Below, one piece after another: positions 13,310 to 27,238 of a DNA stretch of 64,000 nucleotides (within the stretch, counting starts at the first letter, position 1; each line of letters starts with the position of its first letter). Made by a program: the position numbers and the translations under genes. This DNA is from Mobula hypostoma (taxonomy: Eukaryota). The DNA lies in assembly GCF_963921235.1 (NCBI RefSeq), contig NC_086097.1, positions 67,086,001 through 67,150,000 of the forward strand, in the 5' to 3' direction. The notes under the pieces were generated by a model. It was not told where the DNA came from and did no database searches. It saw nothing but the letters and a program-made list of their open reading frames with translations.

Positions 13310-14020
13310 GTCTAGGGGACTGATAGCAGGTCTCTTCACTCCAGGAGTGAGTGTTGCAAATCTTGTCGCAAGCATCTCCTATCTGGGGATTGTTGTGGAA
13401 CAGAGGGACCCACAAGTACAAGTAAATAGTTGCTGAAAGTGGCATCGCAGGGTGGTGAAGGAAGTATTTGAACCCCGGGCTTTGTCAGGCAGGGCACTGA
13501 GTGTAGGAGTTGTGATGTTGCAGTTGTACAAGATAATGGTGAGGCTGCACTTGGAGAATTTTGATCACATTGCTGCAAGAGAGACATCATTAAACTGGAA
13601 AATGTACAGATTTACAAGACTGCTTCCAGGACTTGGTCGTGATTTATAGGGAGAGTTTGGACAGGCTAGGACTTTATTCCTTGGAACACAAGACTTAGAG
13701 GTGTATAAAATTGTATAGGTAGGGTGAACACAATCTAACCCAGAGAAGGGGAACTTAAAAACTTAGGACATTTGTTTAAGGTGAGGTAAAAAATTAAAAA
13801 GATTTTAGAGCAAACTTCATGCAGAGCATGGTGCATAAAAAGAATGAGTTGGCAGAGAAAGTGGTTGAGATGGGTACACTGCAACACTTAAACACCTACT
13901 TATCCAAATGTTTTTTTTTAAGAGGGCTATGTGCTAAACGCAAGCAAATGCCATTAGTTTGGTGGGTATCATGGATGAGTTGGTCACGGGACCTGTTTCT
14001 GTACTGCATTACTCTGACTC
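13310..14020 (+). mobile_element. CR1 LINE 3' fragment
   Basis: VMLQLYKIMVRLHLE...RFTRLLPGL, homologous to the CR1 C-terminus at 38180-38330; ends in a CTGTACTG...ACTCTGACTC tail. Confidence 0.7.
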
Positions 14021-14294
14021 TTGAGCCAGCATAGCTCACTGACGTCATATTGAAAGGAGTGCAATTCGCTTTTTAAGAACATGAAAACGAGGAGTAGACC
14101 ATACAACCTTAAGAAATTACTCTGCCTTTCAGTAATACTATGATTAATTGTACCTTGGCTTTACCACCACTGTTTTGAATGGTTCCCATAAATAAATGTA
14201 AATATATATATAAAAATAATTAATTCCAGGCTTACATGTGTTATAATGAAGGCTACCACAGCTCTCCAGGATAGAGAATTTCTAAAATCTGTTC

Positions 14295-14660
14295 AGTCAA
14301 GCACAGCTCCAATGCCATATTCAAGTTTGCTGATGATACCACTTTGGTAGGCCAAATCAAAAGTGGTGATAAATCAGCATATAGCAGGGAGATTGAAAAT
14401 CTGTTTGAGTGGTGCCATAACAACAAACAGTAGATTATTGACTTCAGGAGAAGGAAACCAGATGTCATTGAGCACATGGCGGGAAAGCAGCATCCATTAT
14501 CGTAGGCTCCCACCACCGAAGGCATGCTCTCTTCTTGCTGCTGCCATCAGGAAGAAGACAGGAGCCTCATGACGTACCATCAGGTTCTGGAACACCTACT
14601 ACCCCTCAACCATCATATGGTGACATATACGTACTTTGATAATAAATTTACTTTGAAAAT
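14295..14660 (+). mobile_element. Rex1/Babar-type LINE fragment
   Basis: Reads KHSSNAIFKFADDTTLVGQIKSGDKSAYSREIENLFEWCHNN; ends GATAATAAATTTACTTTGA. Confidence 0.65.
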
Positions 14661-15899
14661 CTACAACCTGAGAGAAATTCCTCTTCTCAGTTCTATATAA
14701 ATGGCTTTTTTAATGTGATATTTCATGTGTCGTTTCATAGTATTACTCGTCGTTTTTGAGGTCCCTTTGAGCTTCTGCTTAAAGGCGTAATTGGCCTGCA
14801 GCGTTGTCTCTTAGGTGCTGTTATATGACATCAGGGAGTGGAACCAGTGACAGACCAGATGCCTGGCTTCAGCATCTTTTCCAGACAAGGGTTCATTTTA
14901 TTATCAACTCTGAAATTCTTCAATTTGCAGGGTAGCCATGAAACCAAGAAAGGCAACACAATTGTCAAACCCAAATCCCACCTTGCTGCAAAGTGACAAA
15001 ATTCAGCTGGTGGTAAAAGCAGCAGTAAACCATTTATGGCACATCAGCCTCCCATTTCCCCTCCCACACAAAAACCAAGCCAAATGGATCAGGCACATCA
15101 ACAACCAAGCTCAACTCCCCCCTCCCCCCCACAACCACCACCTCACTGCACAAAAAAAAACAAAAACAGAACAGGCTCATTGACCACTCCACCCACACAC
15201 AAAAAAAACACATCAGGCACATTGATTTCTCCCCCCTCCCCAAAAAAAAATTGGGTGGAAAAAAACAATATTAAAAACTGTAAGACTAAAAAATAGTCTA
15301 CAGTCCAAAACCCAAATCCAAACTGCAGATGCAGCTGCAAGCTCTGGCCATTGCTATTAAATCATGAGAGGAAGATCTTTTAATCTTGAGGCATGGTACT
15401 GGTTGCACCAATATTTATCTATTTGGGGACATGAGATTTTTCTTTCATGAGCTGGTTACTGGCACTACTGTCATCCTCAAACTAGAGCCAAGTACTTGCA
15501 CCTGAGAGCTAGTTGTAAGTACACACAATGTTCAGAGCAGACAACCAATCTGAAATGGCACTTCTGCTCTTTTAGACAAATCTGAAGGTGCTCTCCAAAA
15601 GTGGCAAGACAGGTCAAGTGCATGCTCCATCTTAGCCAACAGCTGGTCAGCAGAAGAAGTCAAGGAGGAAGTGGAAAGCCAGAGGCGATGTTGGCAGTTT
15701 TTTTTCTCTGATTCGATAATCAGATGGTCCCAAGATTGACAACAATTATAATCCTATTCTCCTTCTTTGACCAATTTAAATGTCCCTTTGACAAAACTCT
15801 GGATTACAACACCACACATCCACCAACTTTTATTATTTACAAAAGAAAGTTGACTATCTTCTTAAGAGATTCCCCTCAAGGATCCACTCTGGTTTGTGG

Positions 15900-16640
15900 G
15901 TTTTTAGGTTACTGATGAGGTCTTGATGGGAACAGCAGGCACACAGTTGGGGCAGGAGATTTTTAATAGGTTAGCTAGCTGGGGTGTTTGTGAGTTTACA
16001 CATAAGCAGTTTGCACCGGGTTTTTGTGTGCTCCAATGTATGGACCTGAGATTCCAGGTCATATTTTGAATGCTGCTCTGCTTTGATCCATCATGGTCAA
16101 TGATTTCCAAGAATCAGCAGGAAGCTTGCAATTTTCCAACAAGGTTCAAGAACATCAAAGAATTTCTTCCTTTGTTTGCCTGATAATTTCTTATAATGGG
16201 TCAGACTAGAATGTTAGCCATGCAAATAACACAACCTGCTCAAAGTAGCTTACTCAATGGTGTAGACACTGACATGGGTTCACATTCAGTGGATTTTTAA
16301 TGATTTTGCTGACAGTGTTGTATCTTTTTAGTGGTTTGAGGTACCTGCTGTTACATTATCTGGGTCTCAGAAGAATATGAGGTTAGGGATTACTGCTGCC
16401 TGTGGAAGTATTTTTTTTGTCTCGTCTAAAGTCTTGATACTCCTACCCTTTTCTTCAATCAAAGTTGTTCTAGTGCATTGAAGTCAGCAGTGAATTTCAC
16501 ATTTGATATCTGCCTTCACTGTGAACTGGTCCCCAAAGTTTCAACTTGAAAGTTAGAAAGGAAGTATTCTCAACTGTTAACATTGTAATGTAATCTAGAC
16601 AGAGTAACTGAAACCTGGCTCTACCCTCATGCCCAGCTGT
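15900..16640 (-). mobile_element. Decayed RTE-clade LINE 3' fragment
   Basis: Minus strand reads KKLSGKQRKKFFDVL...CKLPADSWKSL, typical of the RTE ORF C-terminus and similar to 39810-40270. Confidence 0.5.
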
Positions 16641-17229
16641 GTCCTTCTGTCTGATGCATTTTTTTCCTTGTGCAATATCGTTTTTCTAGGCCAGGCACAT
16701 GTGATTTGATGTTTGTGTTATGTTCTGAATTCATATACTGCAATGAGCTGTTCAGCATGGGATGTTTATGTCAAGTAGGGAAAATATTAATAGATGTTCT
16801 TGTGAAGGATAGCTTATGTATTGCAAAATATTGCGAAACATTGATAATTTTAGGAAAAAGTCATCTTGTGCATAATTATTTGTAGTTATCCGAAAAGGTT
16901 TAGAATAACAGTTTAATACTGGATATGACTAAAACACTGGAGGAACCTTAAATTGAACCTAATGAAGCTCAGGAAAGTAAGTCTACTAGAGGATTCTTAT
17001 GATAGGACGATAAAACCACTGATATTCTGGGATTTGTATTGTCATGTTTGTACGTACACTAAACATTAATGTGCTCAATATTTTTAGCACTAACTATTCT
17101 AATGTTTAGCATTCATGAGTGACCTTGAGCTTCCAGTTGCTTACTAAGGTAATTCACCATCCCATTCTGAATTTTCTTCTGGTGCACTGTTACAAAAGTT
17201 TACTGAATGGAAAGCAATGTGATTTGAAG

Positions 17230-17740
17230 TAAAAACATAAAATACTGCATAACACTTTGCAGGGCAATAGTATCTGAAGAAAGAGAAACAGTTGATCTTT
17301 GAGGTCTTGGATCTTTCATCAGATCTGCAAGCTTCAGGGGCATCTCCTCATCTTCTGTTTGACTATGTTGAAGTATGCAAGGCGCAATATCAAATTCTGA
17401 TTTCTATGTGTATCAGAAGGGGGCCAATTTTGCCTACCATTATTTTGGTCCTGCTTCTTTTGATATTCCAGTATGCTGGGCATGTCCCACAGTCTTACAT
17501 TAGCATTACATTACATAGACAAAGAACTTTAGCTGATATTGACTGTCTCATTAGGTCATTGGTGTTTCTCTATCAGAGACATTCCTATTGTTGCATTCAG
17601 CTCCATTCCCCACCTTCTCTGCTATATAATCTAACTTGTTTTCTCTTTCAAATCTGATTAATGATCCTTGACCTGCAATATTAACTATTTCTCTTTCCAA
17701 AGATACTGTCTGACTGCTATTTTCTTTTTTTTAATTTCAA
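17230..17740. mobile_element. Old non-coding element with inverted pLTR-like arms
   Basis: 17230-17330 and 17650-17740 are degenerate reverse complements of each other. Each has a decayed CTGATGA-like hammerhead core and resembles the Penelope pLTR. Confidence 0.45.
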
Positions 17741-19244
17741 ATTGTTGCTTCTCATTCAGTAAACTTTTTCCTAATATAAAGTTGACGTTGTGCTCTGAAT
17801 CTGGACCCATGATGTCACAAGTTACATTAGAAAATGTTAGATAAACGTATACAAAACAAAGTCAATTAAAATTGTAGCATCTACTTGTAATAATTATATG
17901 ACACCACTAGATGCCATAATGGTTCTGTTGTTGCTGGTAAATACTGGCAATTCAGAACAGAAGAGATGACATTTACCCATTTATGGGAAAACAAGTCCAT
18001 GACTTGTATACGTGTATTGCACACACTTATTGCTGGATTCCCCAGGTGTTTAGGTTGATTAAGATTGTAGACTTGCAGGGAAGCAAAGGGGGAAAAATGT
18101 TTATTTAGGTTTAGTTCAATGTTTTTAGTTATAATGTTCTTAAAGTGGGCAGAATCATACTTTTTGTCAGAAGTTCTGTAATCAGTTTGTATCCAACCTC
18201 TGTACCTGCACATTGAAATGTAAAAGTCAGAATATAAGCTAGAAAGCAGATGTCAATGCCCAACCTCCAACTCTCCTGTAGCAGTGATTGGGGGTGGAAG
18301 CACTTTACATCCACTCATCAATGACTCACTGATCCAGTGTTGAGTTCTTCCAGTATGTTTGAGTTCTGATCTCTTGATAATAAAATTCCAAACATGCTGA
18401 ATTCAGAACCAAAATCCAAAAGAAGTATACATATCTGCCATCAAAGTTGACTAAAACTGGGTCAGTACGGAGCCATAGGAATGCCTTTTCCTTAATTGGC
18501 CTTATATTTAATCTGAAGAAAGTTTGAAGTGAATATTTTGCCCAGTCATCAAAGTGGTGATGTTCCACTTCTCAATGATGTAGGATAGTAATCAGATAGG
18601 AGTTGCCAAGGGTACCTACTGCCACTTCCATAATAAAAATAAGCCAGTCAGGCAGTACATATTGTTTTCCTGTCCCACAGATGATGCTGAGTCTCTGGTG
18701 TCTGCTGTTCATTGATTTTCAACTCAATTGCACTGTTTCTTGGTTTGCTTTTATCAAGGCTGTTCAGTGGGTATGATAAAGACATGTCACCAGATTACTA
18801 TCATATGGAATTCAATCATTCAGAATTAATTCAATAAATCTTCTTTCACATAACTGCATGCTTTTGCTTTTCTTTACCAAATTTCTTCCCATACTTATAC
18901 CATTTTTCTTTTTTTACAGTGCTATTAGCCAGTACAACCCAAAGACTCAGTTTTTTTGTGTTTTTAAAAACTGTATGCAACATTCTGAAAGCAAAATATT
19001 AACTTAAATCATTGCTGTTTAGGTTAGAGAATTTTTTTGTGATAAAAATGAAAACAAAATTGAAGACCTGACTATTAGGGCCCAATCACATTTAGCAATC
19101 AATTTTAGTTTAAAATTCAGCACAAAAAATCATGTAATGTGATATTAATTTTTTTGGCCCAGATGTTTATCTTTACAAATGATCTATAAGTGAAAATGAC
19201 AGAAGTTGAAGACATCTGGTGGATGTGGGAAGTATTACACCAAT

Positions 19245-20580
19245 CAGAATCAGGTTTATTATCATTGACATGTTGTTTTGCAGCAACAGTAAGTGGACTA
19301 CAAAAAAAAACTATGTTACATTAACTAATATAAATAGACAAGCAAATAAATAGTGCAAAAAGATAGCTCATTAGTGAGGTAGTGATCTGATGGTGGAGGG
19401 GAAGAAGCGGTTTGTAAAATGTTAAGTTGCATCTTCAGGCTCCTGTACCTCCTCCCTGATGTTAGTAATAAGAGGGCATGTCCTGGATGGTGAACATCTT
19501 TAATGAAAGATGTTGCCTTCTTGAGGCACCACCTTTTTAAGATATCCTTGATGGTGGGGAGGGTTATGCCCTTGATGGATCTGGTTGAATCTGTACCCCT
19601 TTTCAGCCTCTTGCAATCCCATGCATTTGAGGCTCTATATCAGGTGATGATGAAACTGGTCAGAATGCTCCCCATGTTACATCTGTAGAAATGTTAGAGT
19701 ATTGGGTGACATACAGAATCTCCACAAACTTCTAATGAAGTATACTGCTGGTGTACCACCATGATTGGATCAATATGTTGGGCTCAGGATGGATCCTGTG
19801 TGACATTGACTACCAAGAATTTGAAGCTGCTCACCCTTTCCACTCCGACTTCTCGATGAGGACTGGTGTATATTCTCCCGAATTCCTCTTGCCAAATCTG
19901 TAATCTTTTGGTCTTACACTGGGTGTAAGACTATTGCTGTGAAACCACACAACCAGCTGTTATTGCCCCTATACTCTGCCTAGTTACTGAATGAGATTCT
20001 GCCAACAACTGTTAATCACTGGCAAATTTATAGACTCTGCTTGAGCTATGCCTGGCCACATAGTCATGAATGTGGAGAGAGTAGAGCAGTGGGCTAAGCA
20101 CACATCATTGAGTATGCCTATGTTGATTATCAGCGAGGAGATGTTATTTCTGACCTGGATTGATCATGCTCTTGAATAAAGAAATCGAAGATTCTGTTGC
20201 AGAGGGTGATACAGATGCACAGGTTTTGAAGCTTATGGATTAGCACTGAGCAGATAATGGTATTGAACACTGAGCTATAATCGATAAACAGTAGCCTAAT
20301 GTAGGCATTGCTGTTCAGATGGTCGAAGGCCAAGTGGAGAGCCAAAGAAATTGTGTTGCCAGTGACCTGTTGTGGCAGTAGATAATTTGCATTGGGTCCA
20401 GGTCCTTGCTCATGCAGGAGTTCATTCTAACCACGACCAAACACTCAACAATTTATCTCGGTAGGTGTCATAAGCCAGCTCTCACCCTGCTCTTATTGGG
20501 CACCAGTATGATTGATCCGCTTTTGAAACGGGTAGGAATCTCTTGACTGCAGCAATAAGAAGTTGACGATGGCCTTGAAT
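19245..20580 (-). mobile_element. Rex1/Babar-type LINE RT fragment
   Basis: ALHLAFDHLNSNAYIRLLFIDYSSVFNTI (ORF 20130-20345); (ATTCTG)n-type tail seen as AATCAGAATCAGGTTTATT at ~19242. Confidence 0.75.
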
Positions 20581-21339
20581 ATTCCAGCCAATTAATTTCA
20601 AGTTTCATCACTTAATGAGCATTTTTGAATTTTATGTTTTTTTTAATTGTCCTTCAATAATTTGTAGCAGTAGTGTATTTTCAATAGGGATTTTGAGGGC
20701 ACCTGTCCATTTTGGACCACTTCCTGAAGCAGTGACCTGAAATTTGTCTCCACAATACCAAAAATATTGTGTTACACTTCCAGAATTTGGTATTGATATG
20801 GCATTAAACAATTCTGTGTGCATTTCTAGGAAAGTTAATGCCAGTCATTAATATCGTATGATTTTTGTTTTGTGGACTTTCATGTACACTAACGCTGTTT
20901 CTCTGAGACCCCACCAAATTACAGCTACAGCAGTGCCATCACTTTAGAGCTTCTCCAGCAAAATTTTCAAACATATCAGTCTAAATAATGACAGTTAACT
21001 GTGTACTCACAGAATTTGTTTTTCCAGATGCTGAATGCTTCAAAGCAAGGGTATTTAAAAGGTCAGGTGTGTTTTTCCAGTAGCATAAGGCAGATTTACT
21101 GCCAAACTAACTTCATGTACATTGATCTAAATTTGTCACAAAGAATGAAAAAAAGGACAGGCATTGCAATTATACAGCAACCTCAACACTCCCAACACAT
21201 GTAATGAGGCTTTTTGATGCCAAACAAAATATTGGTGACAAAATATTTATTTATAAATAAATATTACAAATTTTATCATGTATAAATTCCCAAAATGTTG
21301 TCGGCAGAATCTCAGATGGTGATTGTAGTGATTGTTAAT

Positions 21340-21770
21340 ACCACTAAACAATGTTCAGTGGCAGGAGAAGTACCTGGAGTTGTTCACAGGCCAGGGGCTA
21401 CTGAAGGACCAATGCCTCTCAGTTATCCACTCAAAATTGGAAGGAGCTCATATACTGTACAAGCAAGGCTACCAATAAATTTTAGTTGAATATCCTGCAG
21501 GCTGACATCCTGGTGCACTATCCCTCAATCGTGAACACAGCATGGTGTCAGAAGTGGTTGAATTAGTGCTACAGACCAAGTGAGATTCCCAACAAGAAAG
21601 AACTTGCAGGAAGACTCTTCTTGTTTGCCTATATCTATGAAAAATATCCAGAGGCATATCAACCTAAACTGCCTATGCTTGTTTGTTAAGCTATATTCAC
21701 CATGAAGCTTGAGCTGAGAACTGGCCAGGGTTGCTAGGCAATGCCTTCTATCTACACCCACAGTGGAGAC
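21340..21770 (+). mobile_element. Gypsy pol fragment, same family as 31590-34490
   Basis: CACTAAACAATGTTCAGTGGCAGGAG at ~21342 recurs at ~33064; downstream sequence follows the RT N-terminus. Confidence 0.65.
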
Positions 21771-21875
21771 TTTATAATAATGAACCCCTAGACTGGGGAA
21801 ACACACAGACACAGCACAGTAGTCAAACTCTCAGGAAGGGAATTTGTTGTCCAAATAAAAATAATAAAAAACAAG

Positions 21876-22423
21876 TAAAACCCCGGTTTCCTTGGGCTGC
21901 ATAAGTCTAGGGAATACACACCCTGGTCCTGCTAAATCCGTGAGATTGGGATAGCTCTCCACCCCAAACACTGGCTTGTGTGAATGCTGTGTAATTTGCT
22001 ACCCTGTTACAACTCAATGCCAAGAAATAACAGCAGTACACTGCAAAGGAATTATACTTATGAATGTTAACCAAAGGGTTAGTAAATAGAACAAAAAGGG
22101 CCCATCATAATTGAACAGTCCAATGTACACAAGTTGGAGTTAAACTCTCCCAAAAGTCATGTATACCGATCCTCAGTAAACCTCCACACCTTGCTCCGTC
22201 AAATCATGGTCCCCCACCGGGTCCGATGACCAGCTCCCTCCAGTGTCTTCTCTCTTCATCTCCTGCTGAACAAAGACCTCAGCTCACACTGGTGTCAGGC
22301 GCACAAAACAACCTGCTCCTCGATTGGCTCACATTCCAAAGCACCTGTTATCTCTAACCATAACCCAAACACTGCTTCTACAGGAAACCATTACGTTAGT
22401 GAAACCTTTATCAGGGCATTACA
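21876..22423 (-). repeat. 3' LTR of Gypsy element
   Basis: Colinear with 30964-31549; starts TGTAATG on minus directly after the PPT GGTGGAGGGAGAG. Confidence 0.9.
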
Positions 22424-23501
22424 CTCTCCCTCCACCAAAGCTAGTCACTTGCTCATGACAGATAATTTATCACCCCTTCATAAATAGCACAACGTCTGAC
22501 AGAAATTTCGAGATATCAGGACCTCCAACCCGGTGTAAATGGCAGGGATGTATCTCACCAAGGGGATAGCTTCCACACTCTGTTCCCTGGGTGCAACGTA
22601 GGCCAGTCTGTCTGGAGGTTTCCTGACTCTTTGGGACCTCCTTACCCCATCATCAGCTTCAGACACTTCCTGGGCTCTTTCCTGTCTATATAGGGAAGCC
22701 CCTCCCTGTCCCATTACTTGTGCATCCCAACTACTCAAGTGCCCTTGTCACTTAGCTGAACTCTGCTTCATACTCAGTTACTTCAGAGTCCAGCCTCCCA
22801 TCATTTTCTAAACGCAAACCTGCGTGTCCACTGCTAGTTCTCCCCAATTCACCTGCCTCAGTGTGAGAAGGGACGGGAATCTCTTTGTCAATTACTGGGG
22901 AAACTAAGGGCAGCATATACCACACCCCCATTTCCTCACCCTCTGAGTCTGTATCACATTCAGCAGTGAGGTCCAGTCTAGTCCTTTCCACGGCTTGTCC
23001 TTCAGTTCCTCCATGTCACCACAGAGTCCCCTTACTAGGTTTAGGGTCCAGGTCAGGCTCTGGGGCAACATGTACCTCTTGCCCCAGAGGTAGAAGGTGC
23101 CTCTGATGGAGAATCTTGACAGGTCCATTCCCATCCTCTGGTTTCACCCAGAATACTGGTACATTTGGCATCTGACTCTCCATGACATAGGGTGGAACCA
23201 CGCAGTGGTCAGCCAATTTATGCTTCCCAGGTAGTCCCAAATTCTTTATGAGCACTCAGTCTCCAGGCATTAGTTGGGAGAACCTAACCTCTTGATTATA
23301 CCTCCTCTTATTTCCTTGATTCTGCTTGGTAGCCAAGACCTCAGCTAGTTCATAAGCCCTTTGCAGCTCATTACTCATACTTCAGAAGAGTCTTCTGTAG
23401 TAGATCTTCCCTGCCAGTCCCAAAACAGAAGTCAACAGGCAACCTCACTTCATGCCCGAACATCAGATAATACGGCGAGCACCCAGTTAGTTTATTCTGT
23501 G

Positions 23502-24004
23502 TGTAACCCCCTTGGCCAGCCTCAGGGTCGCTCAGCTCGCAGTCGTCTAGGGAAACAGCCCTCGGCCCCGCCAAACTGGGTAATAAGTTTGTGTGGATGC
23601 TGTGTGATGTACCCCACCCTGCCCAAATAACAGACAATACACCAGATATGATTAAATGATTTACAGTTTATAGATATTACTGGAACTATATAATTAATAG
23701 AGAATAAAATATAAAAGGAAATTAAAAGGCGCCACACTACCAAAGTTCAATCTCTTCGTGCACAAACAGTTGGAGCTCAGGACCTTCCTTCTTCACCCTG
23801 CGATTCCTCGGACCACCTCGACCTGCCACCTGGGACCACAACGGTGGTCAACTAGACGCTCCACACGAGTCCGTCTCTGTCTCCTCTCCTTGCCAAACAC
23901 CCTGGACCTCGGACTCCTGCTCAGGGTCCGACCCCGTTAGCGGACTCACAGCACCTGGTGCATTCTCATTCATTCATTCATTCATTCATTTTCTCTTTTT
24001 TTTT

Positions 24005-24045
<41 letters not shown>

Positions 24046-24270
24046 TTCTCCCCTAAAACCCGCGCATCACAGTATCTTACAGACACACAGAAAGCATAAC
24101 AACTATCCCAATTGGTTCAACACCTTCTTGTCAGTAACATGATCCAAACAAACTGCTAGCGGCAGGACTTTCTCAGCAGTTAACATAACAAAGAAGCCCT
24201 TTCAATTATAACATAACAAAGAAGCCATTTTAATTAGACTACGCAGTGACAAAAAAAAAGAAACCCCTTA
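23502..24270 (-). mobile_element. Solo LTR of a related Gypsy family nested in the integrase
   Basis: Begins TGTAACCCC and is flanked by TGTG (23498-23501 / 24271-24274). Removing it restores integrase YNCTQNKLTGCSPY. It shares GTGTGGATGCTGTGT...AAATAACAGACA with the host LTR and contains (TCAT)n and (CT)n. Confidence 0.8.
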
Positions 24271-25431
24271 TGTGTACAGTTGTAGCAGTGGATCAGATAC
24301 CCAATATGTTGACTCCACTTGTTCTTTTTACTGATCTCCAAGGTTCCGAGCATGTCCGGTTGAACCTCTCAGGCTGGGGATCACCCTTCAGGTGATAAGA
24401 CATAGTCCTCGACTTCTTGACTCCAAGCATGCTCAGTAACTCGTGTATGAGCCTACTCCCGAAATCCTGTCCCTGATCGCTACGTATCCGCCTGGGGAGA
24501 CCATAATTAACAAAATACTTGTCCCATAACACTTTGGCCATGGTGGCGGCCTTCTGATCCTTGGTACGGAAGGCTTGCACATATCTGGTGTAATGATCCG
24601 TAATAACCAAGATGTTCGCTGTATTGCTAGCATCAGCCTCTATTGATAGGAAATCCATACATACCAGATCAAGTAGTCCTGCACTCTGGAAGTGGGATAA
24701 CAGTGTGGCCCTCGTAGGCAGTGTCTTCCTCTGTATACATCGAATGCATGATGTTTCATTCGGGGCCAGTAGAACCGATCTCTGACCAATCCTTAAGTCT
24801 TGTCAAACCCCAAATGACCAGAATCATCATGAAGTGACTTCAACACAATCCTCTGATACTTCTCAGGCAGAACCAGCTGGGCAGGCCGAGCCCAGTCTGG
24901 AGGCAACGTGACCCGATATAGGATCTGGTTCCTCAACTCCATTCTGGGCCATTCTCTCAGTAGTAGAGACAGTGCAGAGTGTTTCATCTTGTCTGCATGG
25001 GCCACGTCCCCTTTCACAACCGCTGACCAAACGGTACCTATGCACAGGTCATCTTGCTGAGCAACTGCCACTTCCCAGGACTCAATTCAGGCCACTGCTT
25101 TGTTTTCCGAGCAGTCAAGTTGCAGTAATCTTGTAGAATGGTGCCATCAGAAGCTCCCAAATGATCTACCGATCGATTCCTCTGCCTTCCTCATGATGGA
25201 AAACTGGCACATTACTTTGACTCCAGGGACAGGAATGCTCTCCCACTCTCTGTCCCTGTCCAGCCCTTCATGTGCACATTGGGACAACACATTGGTGTCA
25301 GTGTTCTGACTCCCTGACCGGTACTTCAGTTTGAAATCATAGGCAGACAACGCTGCTAACCACCGATGTCCTGTGGCATCCAATTTCACCGAGGTCAGGA
25401 TATAAGTTAATGGGTTGTTGTCCATCCTCAC

Positions 25432-27238
25432 ATAGAAACATAGAAAACCTACAGTACAATAAAGGCCCCTTAGACCACAGTGCTGTGCTGAACATGTACT
25501 TACTTTAGAAATTATCTATGGTTACCCATGGCCATCTATTTTTCTAAGCTCCATGTACTTATCCAGGAGTCTCTTAAAAGACCCTATTGCATCTGCCTCC
25601 ACTACAGTCACCAGCAGCCCATTCCAAGCACTCACAATTTGCTGCGTAAAAACTTAAACCTGACATCTCCTCTGTACCTATCTCCAAGTGCCTTAAAACT
25701 GTGCCCTCTTGTGTTAGCCATTTCAGCCCTGGAAAAAAGCCTCTGACTATCCACACGATCAATGCCTCTCATCATCTTATACACCTCTATCAGGTCACCT
25801 CCCATCCTCCATTGCTCCAAGGAGAAAAGGCCAAGTTCACTCAACCTATTCTTGTAAGGCATGCTCCCCAATCCAGACAACATCCTTATAAATCTCCTCT
25901 GCACTCTTTCTATAGTTTCCACATCTGTCCTGTAGTGAGGTGACTAGAACTGAGCACAGTACTCTAAGTGGGGTCTGACCAGGGTCCTATATAGCTGTAA
26001 CATTACCTCTCGGCCCTTGAACTCAATCCCACGGTTGATGGAGGCCGATGCACCATATGCCTTCTTAACCACACTGTCAACCTGCACAGCAGCTTTGAGT
26101 GTCCTATGGACAGGGACCCCAAGATCCCTCTGATCCTCCAGACTGCCAATACTCTTACTATTAATACCATATTCTACCATCATATTTGACCTACCAAAAT
26201 GAACCACCTCGCACCTATCTAGGTTGAACTCTGTCTGCCACTTCTCAACCTAGTCTTGCATCCTATCAATGTCCCACCATAACCTCTGACAGCCCTCTAC
26301 ACTATCCACAACACCCACAACCTTAGTGTCATCAGAAAATTTACTAACCCATCCCCCCACTTCCTCATCCAGGTCATTTATAAAAATCACAAAGAGAAGG
26401 GGTCCAGAACAGATTCCTGAGGCACACCACTGGTCACCAACCTCCATGCAGAATATGACACATCTACAACCACTCTTTGCCTTCTGTGGACAAGCCAATT
26501 CTGGATCCACAAAGCAAGGTCCCCCTATATCCCATGCCTCCTTACTTTCTCAATAAGCCTTACATGGGGTACCTTATCAAATGCTTTGCTGAAATCCATA
26601 TACACTACATCTACTGCTCTACCTTCATCAATGTGTTTAGTCACATCCTCAGAAAATTCAATCAGGCTCGTAAGACTTGGCCTGCCTTTGACAAAGCCAT
26701 GCTGACTATTCCTAGTCATATTATGCCTCTCCAAATGTTCATAAATCCTGCCTCTCAGGATCTTCTCCATCAACTTACCAACCACTGAGGTAAGACTCAC
26801 TGGTCTATAATTTCCTGGGCTATCTCTACTCCCTTTCTTGAATAGAGAACAACATCTGCAACCCTCCAATCCTCCCGAACCTCTCCCGTCCCCATTGATG
26901 ATGCAAAGATCATTGCCAGAGGCTCAGCAATCTCCTCCCTCGCCTCCCACAGTAGCCTGGGGTACACCTCGTTCGGTTCCAGTGACTTATCCAACTTGAT
27001 GCTGTCCAAAACCTCCAGCATATCCTCTTTCTTAATGTCTATATGCTCAAGCTTTTCAGTCCGCTGTAAGTCATCCTTGCAATTGCCAAGGTCCCTTTCC
27101 GTAGTGCACACTGAAGCAAAGTATTCATTAAGTACCTCTGCTATTTCCTCTGGTTCCATACACACTTTTCCACTGTCACACTTGATTAGTCCTATTCTCT
27201 TATGTCTTATCCTCTTGCTCTTCACATACTTGTAGGTA
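25432..27238 (-). mobile_element. 5'-truncated CR1 LINE nested in Gypsy RNase H
   Basis: RT motifs PGNYRPVSLTS, MDFSKAFDKVPH, FINDLD...KFSDDTK and RPHLEYC; (TTTCTATG)n tail; TSD CTCAC at 25427-25431 / 27239-27243. Removing it restores GAKFEVRMDNNPL. Confidence 0.93.

Noticed and set aside
15030..15340. C/A-rich ORFs on both strands
   Set aside because: Low-complexity, loosely tandem sequence, probably the tail of a reverse-strand repeat; not protein-like.
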